This document shows, in pieces, positions 26,874 through 34,342 of a stretch of DNA of 34,342 nucleotides. The DNA is taken from positions 1-34,342 of the IMG/VR virus record IMGVR_UViG_3300005611_000108; one strand, 5' to 3'. Both the position numbers and the translations under genes were made by a program. The notes under the pieces are model-generated. The model had not been told where the DNA came from. It made no database searches and saw only the letters and a list, made by a program, of their open reading frames with translations. How positions within the stretch are numbered: position 1 is the first letter of the stretch; each line of letters opens with the position of its first letter. The stretch is from a virus. Lineage: Duplodnaviria; Caudoviricetes.

Positions 26874-27171
26874 TAAAGGCGAAATCGGGCAAGCGTTACG
26901 TATAAATCTAGGTGAAGATATAAGTGCTGCAACTTGCGTTATTATCTGCGAGCCTGAAATCGGAACAGCGAAAGAGTTTGCGGCCATAGTGCCAGCTACG
27001 GCAGTCATCGTAAATGGTGAAACACTTAACGCTAATGAGTATGCAGAATATACAACAACCAGCGCCGAAGATTTAGATTATGTCGGAAGATGGCGAATGA
27101 AGCTAAAAGCTACATTTTCAGCAAGCGATATTAGACAAACAAACTATTCAAAATTTAGAGTTTTGAGTTAA
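26860..27171 (+). CDS. Small beta-sandwich virion adaptor-like protein
   Basis: 103 aa; YTT...DLDYVGRWRM pattern resembles fibre/baseplate attachment domains. Confidence 0.45.
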   Translation: MSNINKGEIGQALRINLGEDISAATCVIICEPEIGTAKEFAAIVPATAVIVNGETLNANEYAEYTTTSAEDLDYVGRWRMKLKATFSASDIRQTNYSKFRVLS

Positions 27172-27277
27172 GCCCCGACAAGGCAAACGATGTGCAACCC
27201 CGTAAAAGGAGGTGATCATCTCGCGGCTATGATGCGAAAGATTAGCAAGCCTAGAACGCTGGGAAGCGCCACGGGCT
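27171..27277 (+). ncRNA. Candidate structured RNA upstream of terminase
   Basis: AGCCC/GGGCT closing stem, CGCT-GGGA-AGCG GNRA hairpin, and AAGGAGGTGATC. Confidence 0.3.
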
Positions 27278-27299
27278 AACTTATTTAAGGAGTATAAAC

Positions 27300-27554
27300 A
27301 TGCCTAAGCATATAAAGATAAACGCTTCTCATGCAGCAAAGACTAGAGAGAAGATACAAACAACACAGTTAATAAATGTATTAACTAAGCACGCGCTAGA
27401 AGATTCAGATTTGAGCGCTACAAGGATTAAAGCAATTGAGATATTGTTAAGAAAGACGCTACCAGACTTGAAGCAGGTTGAAGTAACTGGAGAAGATGGC
27501 GGAGCTGTTAGAGTGGATAATAAATTTACTATTGAAATAGTTAAGTCTGTTTAA
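27300..27554 (+). CDS. terS: Terminase small subunit (putative)
   Basis: TAAGGAG RBS; coupled to TerL; C-terminal VEVTGEDGG. Confidence 0.65.
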   Translation: MPKHIKINASHAAKTREKIQTTQLINVLTKHALEDSDLSATRIKAIEILLRKTLPDLKQVEVTGEDGGAVRVDNKFTIEIVKSV

Positions 27555-28990
27555 TGCCGCGCTTGCAGATACCAGAAAAGCTAGAACCGCTATTAAGACC
27601 TAAGAAATTTAAGGTTATTTACGGTGGCCGTGGTAGCGGTAAGTCAATGACAGTAGCAGATTTACTGCTATTAAAATGCAAGACAGAAGGCGCAAGAATA
27701 AGCGGTATGCGTGAACATATGAACTCAATTGATGACTCTGTTCACGCGCTGTTTGAGGATGAGATAAATAGATTAGAGCTAGAAGGTTTTGAGGTGTTGC
27801 GTTCGGATATTACAAGCGACACAGGAGGCTCGATTAGATACAAAGGCTTAGCTAGAAACCCTGAATCGGTAAAGTCGATGCATGGATTCGATATATTTTG
27901 GGTGGAAGAAGCAGCTACATTATCAAAGCGCTCACTTGATTTGTTGATACCGACATTGAGATCCGAATCATCTGAGCTATGGCTAACATTCAATCCCATG
28001 TCGAGCGCTGACCCGATTTATCAGGAATTTATAAAGCCATTTGAAAACGAACTGACAGAAAAAGGATATTATGAAGATGATCTACACATGATCATCAAGA
28101 CGAATTATACAGACAATCCATTTTTTCCTAGCAACCTGGAACAGCTTAGATTAAAGCACAAAGAGACTAAATCGAGAGCGGAGTACAATCACATCTGGCT
28201 AGGCGAAACAAATGACAGCGTAGAAAATAGCATCATTAAGCTTGAATGGTTTGAAGCGGCTGTTGATGCGCATAAACTGCCTAGGCTCGCTAAAGTGTTT
28301 GAGCCAAGAGGCGCGGTTGTTGCTGCTCACGACCCTAGCGACACCGGAACAGATGCCAAGGGCTACGCATTACGTCACGCGTCGATATTTAAGAAGGTTC
28401 AAGCTAAAGACACAGGCGAGATAGACGAAGGTTGTGATTGGGCTACGGGTAAATCAATACAGGATAATGCTGATTGGTTTGTGTGGGATGGTGATGGAAT
28501 GGGAGCAGGTTTAAAACGTCAAGTTTCTGATGCTTTTAACGGCAAGAAAATACAGCATCACATGTTTAGAGGCTCGCTTTCTGGATCAGGTCAAGATAAT
28601 GCAAATGCTGTATTTCAGCAGATTGATGTAACAGACACTAACACTAAGACTTACGCGCAAACATTTAAGAATAACCGCGCACAATATTACATGAGACTAG
28701 CAAAGCGGTTTTATAACACTTATCGATGTGTCGAAAATGGCGAATATGTAGACCCTGAAGAAATGATAAGCATTGATTCTGAAGGCGTGGAAGATATGGA
28801 TAGACTAAAAGCTGAATTATGTCGCATACCATTGAAGCCGAACAATAATGGCCTTTATCAGATTATGACAAAGCTCGAAATGAAAAATTTACAAATCAAT
28901 TCGCCAAACATGGCCGATAGTATGATGATGGCGCTATATACGCCGCCAATAGTAAATACACAATCAATAGACTTCGCCTCGGAGTGGTAG
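27554..28990 (+). CDS. terL: Terminase large subunit (PBSX-like)
   Basis: YGGRGSGKS, WVEEA, TFNP, HDPS, SPNMADS. Confidence 0.95.
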   Translation: MPRLQIPEKLEPLLRPKKFKVIYGGRGSGKSMTVADLLLLKCKTEGARISGMREHMNSIDDSVHALFEDEINRLELEGFEVLRSDITSDTGGSIRYKGLARNPESVKSMHGFDIFWVEEAATLSKRSLDLLIPTLRSESSELWLTFNPMSSADPIYQEFIKPFENELTEKGYYEDDLHMIIKTNYTDNPFFPSNLEQLRLKHKETKSRAEYNHIWLGETNDSVENSIIKLEWFEAAVDAHKLPRLAKVFEPRGAVVAAHDPSDTGTDAKGYALRHASIFKKVQAKDTGEIDEGCDWATGKSIQDNADWFVWDGDGMGAGLKRQVSDAFNGKKIQHHMFRGSLSGSGQDNANAVFQQIDVTDTNTKTYAQTFKNNRAQYYMRLAKRFYNTYRCVENGEYVDPEEMISIDSEGVEDMDRLKAELCRIPLKPNNNGLYQIMTKLEMKNLQINSPNMADSMMMALYTPPIVNTQSIDFASEW

Positions 28991-28992
28991 CA

Positions 28993-31167
28993 ATGAAAGA
29001 AGATAAAGACAAAATGCACAGGCTTGCGCTGCAACGTTTTGAGCAAGTAGAGACTAAAGAAAAAGACCAGCGCACGCTTGCTGTTGAGGATTTGCGATTT
29101 GCTCAATCTGAGGATGGTCAGTGGGATGATGATGCTATTGAAAAGCGCAAAGGCAGGCCACGCTACACTATTAACCGCATTGCCGGCGCTATTGATCAGC
29201 TAATAGGCGACCAACGACAAAACAGAACATCTATCAAAATCCGTCCTGTATCTGGCGGCGCGTCGGAAGATGTAGCGGAAGTAATGAGCGGGTTAATACG
29301 TAATATCGAAGTCTATAGCAAAGCTGCTAATGCTTACGATAATGCGTTCGATGAAGTTGTAAACGGTGGTTACGGCGGATGGCGCGTATTGTCGCAATTT
29401 AACGACGATGATGCTTTTGAGCAAGACTTGGTTATCAAGCCGATTCTAGGTGCTACTACTTCTTTATGGTTCGATCCAGCCGCTAAAGAATATGATAAGC
29501 GAGACGCTAATTGGGCTTTTCTAACTGTTGAAATGACAAAAGAAGAACACGAGGCGCGTTTTCCTGATAAGCCTTTAGTTAATTTTGACACTCACGAGAA
29601 CCGCTCAGCTTGTCAATCTTGGGTTAGTGAAGATACTGTAAGAGTCGCTGAATATTGGGTTAAAACTCCAATGATGCGCGAAATCGCTAAATTATCTGAC
29701 GGCCGCGTAATTGATATAAAAGAAGATGGCGCGGCACTTGATGAGCTGGCAGCGCAAGGCGTGACGGTTGTTAAAACTCGCAAGGTTAAGAGCCACAAGG
29801 TTGAAATGTATTTAATGAACGGCAGCGGCTTCTTAGATGGGCCTAAACCTTGGGCGGGAAAGTATATTCCTTTAGTGCCTGTTTATGGTCGTCAATCGTT
29901 TATTAACGGAAAAGAGTACACTCGCGGCTTGGTTAGATTCGCGAAGGATGCGAACAGAATTTACAACTATGCGACAAGCTCAGCGATTGAGGCAACAGCA
30001 TTAGCACCTAAAGACCCGATTTGGTACACACCTACACAGGTGGCAGGCCACGAGAACAAATACCGCAACTTTAACACGCAAAACAGCCCGTTCATGCCGT
30101 ACAATCCAGACCCATCAACAGGCGGCGCACCACCACAACGAGGGGGCGCACCAGCGGTACAGTCTGCAATACTTCAGCAGATTAACCAAGCGAGTATGGA
30201 TTTATATCATGTGACGGGTATGCAACCGCCTTCATTCGCGGCTAATCCTGAGCTGAAATCAGGCAAGGCTATCCAAGCACAAGAACGCCTTGGTGATCGA
30301 GGTCAATTTATCTTCACGGATAACCAGACTAAATCCATCGAGTACACAGCAGAAATGTTAATTGATCTAATACCACGCACTTACGACACAGAGCGTCAAG
30401 TCAGGGTAATGATGCAGGATGGTGAAACGGAATTAGTCACAATTAATCAGGAAATCATCGACGATCAAACAGGCCAGCCGATTATCGTTAATGATTTAAC
30501 ATCTGGCAAATATGACATCATTGCTGAAACAGGCCCAGCGTTCGCATCACAACGCCAAGAATCAGCGCAACAGATACTTGAGCTAATTGCAACAAGCCCG
30601 ATGTTTGAAAGCTTAGCTATGGATTTAGTCGCTAAAGACTTGCCAATACTTGAATCTAAAGAGCTAACTAAACGAGTTAGACGTGTAATGATCAAGCAGG
30701 GCATTGTTGAGCCTAGCGATGAAGAGATTAAAGAATTAGGACTTGATCAGCCACAAGCGCCAGATCCTCAGCAGCAAGCAATCACTGAGAATATTCAGAT
30801 TCAGACTGAGAAGCTAATTAGTGATATTAATAACAAGGATGCTGATACAACATCTAAACTCTTGAAAGCCCAACAGTCAACAATTGATACCTACAAAACA
30901 TTGATTGAAGCGTTGGAGAAAAAAGCAGCTATGGGCGCTAGTATTACGCCACAAGATCGAAGTGTTGTTATAAAACAACTTGATATTATGCGAGAAGGCC
31001 AACAAGAAATAGACGACGGTCCGAACTCTGAAGAGGCACAAGACTTAGCGCGAATGATGCAGGCACAGCAAGGCCAAGGCGTACCAGGTGAACCAAGCGG
31101 CGCTACTCGGCGGCCAACAGTAGAGCAACCAAGCACGCAAGCAGGACAAAATATTGAAAGTCAATAG
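28993..31167 (+). CDS. Portal protein, P22-like
   Basis: GQW, RPRYTINRI, SGKAIQ, GKYDI and a long C-terminal helical region; ATG 28993 after GGAG. Confidence 0.93.
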   Translation: MKEDKDKMHRLALQRFEQVETKEKDQRTLAVEDLRFAQSEDGQWDDDAIEKRKGRPRYTINRIAGAIDQLIGDQRQNRTSIKIRPVSGGASEDVAEVMSGLIRNIEVYSKAANAYDNAFDEVVNGGYGGWRVLSQFNDDDAFEQDLVIKPILGATTSLWFDPAAKEYDKRDANWAFLTVEMTKEEHEARFPDKPLVNFDTHENRSACQSWVSEDTVRVAEYWVKTPMMREIAKLSDGRVIDIKEDGAALDELAAQGVTVVKTRKVKSHKVEMYLMNGSGFLDGPKPWAGKYIPLVPVYGRQSFINGKEYTRGLVRFAKDANRIYNYATSSAIEATALAPKDPIWYTPTQVAGHENKYRNFNTQNSPFMPYNPDPSTGGAPPQRGGAPAVQSAILQQINQASMDLYHVTGMQPPSFAANPELKSGKAIQAQERLGDRGQFIFTDNQTKSIEYTAEMLIDLIPRTYDTERQVRVMMQDGETELVTINQEIIDDQTGQPIIVNDLTSGKYDIIAETGPAFASQRQESAQQILELIATSPMFESLAMDLVAKDLPILESKELTKRVRRVMIKQGIVEPSDEEIKELGLDQPQAPDPQQQAITENIQIQTEKLISDINNKDADTTSKLLKAQQSTIDTYKTLIEALEKKAAMGASITPQDRSVVIKQLDIMREGQQEIDDGPNSEEAQDLARMMQAQQGQGVPGEPSGATRRPTVEQPSTQAGQNIESQ

Positions 31168-31252
31168 CTTTCGATATACAATCTATACATTGTAAAGATT
31201 TACGCATACGAGAAGCGCATTCTCGGCTGACTACCTTTTTAAGGGCGATAAA

Positions 31253-31999
31253 ATGAGTGAACAAGAAAACGCTGCACAAGTTGAGGAAGCTACCTATGAT
31301 CTCGAAGAGGCCATAGAGAATGAAATCAACGAAACATCGGAATCAGCACCCGAAGAGGATACGCAAGAGGAACCGACAGAAGAGGCCGAAAAGCCAGAAA
31401 CTGACGCATTTCAAAAGCGTGTCAACAAGCTAACGAAAGAGAAATACGATGCAAAGCGAGAAGCTGAAGAGCTTCGAAAGCGGCTAGAAGAGTTAGAATC
31501 AAAGCCCAAAGCAGAGGCCAAAAAGCCAACGCTTGAAGATTTTGATTATGACGATTCGAGTTATCAAGATGCGCTTATAGAGTACAGAGTACAGAAAGCA
31601 ATTCAAGATAAAGAAGCTGCACAGGCCACAGCTAAACAGCAAGCTCAAGCACAAGAGGCGCAAGCCGCTTTTAATGAGCGAGTTGAAAAGCTTAATAAGC
31701 CTGACTTTTGGGATGCTGCGAACTCAATACCAACATTAGATCCTAGCGTAGCTCAGGCACTAACATTGGCAGATGAGGGGGCGGAGTTAATTTACCACCT
31801 TGGCACACATTTAGATCAAGCTGATAAATTAGCAAGCATGGCACCAACCCAAGCGCTTTTATACATCGGTAAACTTTCGGCTAGTTTGAACAAAAAACCA
31901 GATATTAAACTTAGTGCAGCGCCTGACCCTATCGAGCCAATTAATTCTGGAGGCTCTTTGTCAAAAGATCGAGGGCCAGACGGGGCAGTTTTTGAATAA
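31253..31999 (+). CDS. Scaffolding protein
   Basis: Acidic and coiled; FQKRVNKLT, KPTLEDF, APDPIEP; lies between portal and coat. Confidence 0.85.
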   Translation: MSEQENAAQVEEATYDLEEAIENEINETSESAPEEDTQEEPTEEAEKPETDAFQKRVNKLTKEKYDAKREAEELRKRLEELESKPKAEAKKPTLEDFDYDDSSYQDALIEYRVQKAIQDKEAAQATAKQQAQAQEAQAAFNERVEKLNKPDFWDAANSIPTLDPSVAQALTLADEGAELIYHLGTHLDQADKLASMAPTQALLYIGKLSASLNKKPDIKLSAAPDPIEPINSGGSLSKDRGPDGAVFE

Positions 32000-32015
32000 T
32001 TAAGGAGTCCTTAAA

Positions 32016-33290
32016 ATGGCTAACGATTTCGATAGTAACGTCACCCGCAAACTAGCGCGTGTCTTTTTAGAAAAGTTTGAATCAAACCGCGTTTTATCTA
32101 AAAACGTAAACACTCAACTGTTGTCTAATGCGTTTGACCCTTCAACGGGTGACACTGTAGACTTTAAACGCCCTACTGACTACAAATCCAGTCGAACTAC
32201 TGACGGTGATGTATCAGCAGGAACAGCTCAATCTATTATCACTGGTAAAGCGTCTGGTACAGTTCAAGACTACTTCACAGTAGAACTAGATTGGAAAGAA
32301 GCAGATCAAGCGCTCAAGATGGATCAGCTAGACGAGCTTATCGCTCCGGCGGCTAACCGTATCATCACAGATATGGAAGTTGATTTTGCTAGCTTTATGC
32401 GCAAGAACAACGGCTTGCTTGCAGGTACTTATGGCACAGCGGTAACTACTTGGGATGATGTGGCGGCGGCAGGCGCGGTAATGGCATCTAGCGGTATTCC
32501 TTCTGACCAACCTTGGTGCTACGCGGTCAACCCGTATACGCAAACTAGCCTAGCTTCAAACCAACGATCTCTAGGCGCTGGCGGTAGTGCTGGCGGCTTG
32601 ATTTCAGAAGCTCATCGCAAGGCTATCATTTCTGACAATTTCGCAGGAATGAAAGTCATGACGGCAACAACGCTATCAAGCGTTACTTCTGGCGCTGGCG
32701 CAGATCGTGTTGGTGCATTGGCGGCTAACCCTGATGTTACTTATGTGACAGCTAAAGACACTATGACACAATCATTAAGTGTTTCAGGCTTCCAAGCTAA
32801 CTTGCCAATAAAAGCTGGTGAAGTGATTCAGATCACAGGTCGTAACCGTTTGAACCTAAGCACTAGACAACCTATCGTCAATGCTTCAGGCGCAAACGTA
32901 GTGTTTACGGCAACTGTCAAGTCTGACGTTACTTTGAGCGGTACTGGTACAGGCACAATCGTTATTAGCGGCCCAGCTATCTATGAGGCAACCGGCGCTT
33001 ATAACACTGTTGATTCGGCGCCTGTGTCTGGTGATGTTGTAACGCTGTTAGGCGCTGCTTCAACAATCTACCAGCCTAACCTGTTCTGGCACAAGCAAGC
33101 GTTCGGCATCGGTTCGGTTCCTATCGATAAGCTTTACAGTACAGATACTTTAGGCACAACTAAAGACGGCTTGCAGATTCGTGTTTCAAAAGGCGCGTCA
33201 ATCCGTGAGAATAAGCAGATTGTTCGTTTCGACTTGCGCCCCGCTTATAGTGTGCTTAATCCTTTCTTTGCTGGTCAAGGCTGGGGTTAA
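32016..33290 (+). CDS. Major capsid protein, P22/Sf6-like
   Basis: TGDTVDFKRP, NLFWHKQAF, VRFDL; TAAGGAG RBS. Confidence 0.93.
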   Translation: MANDFDSNVTRKLARVFLEKFESNRVLSKNVNTQLLSNAFDPSTGDTVDFKRPTDYKSSRTTDGDVSAGTAQSIITGKASGTVQDYFTVELDWKEADQALKMDQLDELIAPAANRIITDMEVDFASFMRKNNGLLAGTYGTAVTTWDDVAAAGAVMASSGIPSDQPWCYAVNPYTQTSLASNQRSLGAGGSAGGLISEAHRKAIISDNFAGMKVMTATTLSSVTSGAGADRVGALAANPDVTYVTAKDTMTQSLSVSGFQANLPIKAGEVIQITGRNRLNLSTRQPIVNASGANVVFTATVKSDVTLSGTGTGTIVISGPAIYEATGAYNTVDSAPVSGDVVTLLGAASTIYQPNLFWHKQAFGIGSVPIDKLYSTDTLGTTKDGLQIRVSKGASIRENKQIVRFDLRPAYSVLNPFFAGQGWG

Positions 33291-33295
33291 TACTC

Positions 33296-33319
33296 AGGGG
33301 CTTCGGCCCCTTATTTTTT
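33296..33319 (+). terminator. Rho-independent terminator after the coat gene
   Basis: AGGGG-C(TTCG)G-CCCCT followed by TATTTTTT. Confidence 0.85.
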
Positions 33320-33329
33320 CAGGTGATCT

Positions 33330-33494
33330 ATGATTGAATGGACTAAACCAAACGGCTCAAAAATTACAACTAATGAAGAAAAAGCGAGTATAATCGAGGC
33401 TGAAAAGCTAGGTTGGAAGCGATCAAACGAGGTCAAGCAGAATGACAACAGCACTACAGATCGTAAACGCAGCGGCGGAAAAAATAGGCGTTAA
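33330..33494 (+). CDS. Small hypothetical protein, 54 aa (not in ORF track)
   Basis: MIEWTKPNGSKITTNEE...; AGGTGA RBS. Confidence 0.5.
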   Translation: MIEWTKPNGSKITTNEEKASIIEAEKLGWKRSNEVKQNDNSTTDRKRSGGKNRR

Positions 33495-33873
33495 GACTGC
33501 CGAAATTGCGCTTGAGGCTTCTGATTATCAAGTCATCTTCGATGAAATGAATGACATGCTCAGCGAGTGGGCTGATTCTAATATAACACCTGCTTTCACT
33601 GATGTTTTGCTAAGCACTGATACAGTTAATATCGAACGAGACGCCGTCGGCGCTGTAAAAAACAATCTAGCAATTAGAGTTGCGCCTATCTTTGGTCGTC
33701 AAATCACGCCATCTTTAGCAGCTATTGCATTACAGACTTATAACAGATTGTTAGCTTCGACTGTCTACATTGGTGATGTTGCATATCCTGATACTTTGCC
33801 AACCGGATCAGGTAACGATTGCTACACAGAAGATAATCGTTTTTACACTCCAAACAAAAGCGAGAACTTCTGA
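33442..33873 (+). CDS. Head-tail adaptor, P22 gp4-like
   Basis: MNDMLSEW, NLAIRVAP, LPTGSGN. Confidence 0.88.
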   Translation: MTTALQIVNAAAEKIGVKTAEIALEASDYQVIFDEMNDMLSEWADSNITPAFTDVLLSTDTVNIERDAVGAVKNNLAIRVAPIFGRQITPSLAAIALQTYNRLLASTVYIGDVAYPDTLPTGSGNDCYTEDNRFYTPNKSENF

Positions 33874-34342
33874 TGCCTCGCGTCCAACTGCCAATAGGTT
33901 TTACTTTCTATCAATCCGACAGTTTGCCGTTTTCTGCTCAGCGTTGTGTTAATTGGGTTCCTACTGTTGGTGAAGCCGCCGGTTTAACAGACAGATATTT
34001 AGCTCAACCCTTGGGCTTAAAGTCGTTAGTCGATTCAGGTCTAGGCGCTAATCGTGGCGGCTTAGCTATGGCTGGTATCCCTTATTTCGTCAATGGCACA
34101 AGCTTAATAAGCGTATCATCTTCAAGCGTAGTAACTAATCACGGAACTATTGTAGGCTCAGGCCGCGTATCAATGGCAACAAACGGGCGCTATCTTGTTA
34201 TAGTTGTGCCCGGCTCAACTTGCTGCGCTTATGACAATGTGGACGACACGCTACTGCCTATAACTGACGTTGATTTTAGATTAGCGTCTAGTGTTGTTTA
34301 TAAAGATGGCTATTTCGTGTTTTCAGCGTATGACGGAACGGT
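33873..34342 (+). CDS. Tail hub / DNA stabilization protein, P22 gp10-like, 3' partial
   Basis: MPRVQLPIGFTFYQSDSLPFSAQRCVNWVP...; open to the window end; follows gp4. Confidence 0.82.
   Translation, partial: MPRVQLPIGFTFYQSDSLPFSAQRCVNWVPTVGEAAGLTDRYLAQPLGLKSLVDSGLGANRGGLAMAGIPYFVNGTSLISVSSSSVVTNHGTIVGSGRVSMATNGRYLVIVVPGSTCCAYDNVDDTLLPITDVDFRLASSVVYKDGYFVFSAYDGT

Noticed and set aside
1-34342. Integrase/IntI, reverse transcriptase (DGR or retron), transposase, tRNA or rRNA genes
   Set aside because: No tyrosine-recombinase, RT or DDE motifs and no cloverleaf recognised by eye. The 12-nt 16S complement at 27206 is too short to be an rRNA fragment. tRNAscan and HMM searches were not run.

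Overview
Most of a tailed dsDNA phage genome with P22-like (podovirus) morphogenesis genes; the host is probably a gammaproteobacterium (inference). The window opens inside the DNA-ejection genes, then runs through tailspike, lysis cassette, a leftward early/replication arm (sliding clamp, DNA methyltransferase, SNF2-like and SF2 helicases, VRR-NUC, exonuclease, SSB, Sak4-like ATPase), Cro-like HTH, primase-helicase, a putative origin, small early genes, an accessory virion/adhesin module, terminases, portal, scaffold, coat, gp4-like and a partial gp10-like gene. No integrase, clear repressor or DNA polymerase is visible. Two features stand out. (1) At 6433-8387 six small ORFs alternate with six integron attC-like palindromic sites (RYYYAAC-like...GTTRRRY), with no integrase in the window and with the ORFs reversed relative to canonical attC polarity: a candidate phage-borne gene-cassette array. 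(2) A membrane-anchored single-domain response-regulator receiver protein is translationally coupled inside the lysis cassette. All calls come from motif reading by eye; no searches or folding programs were run.
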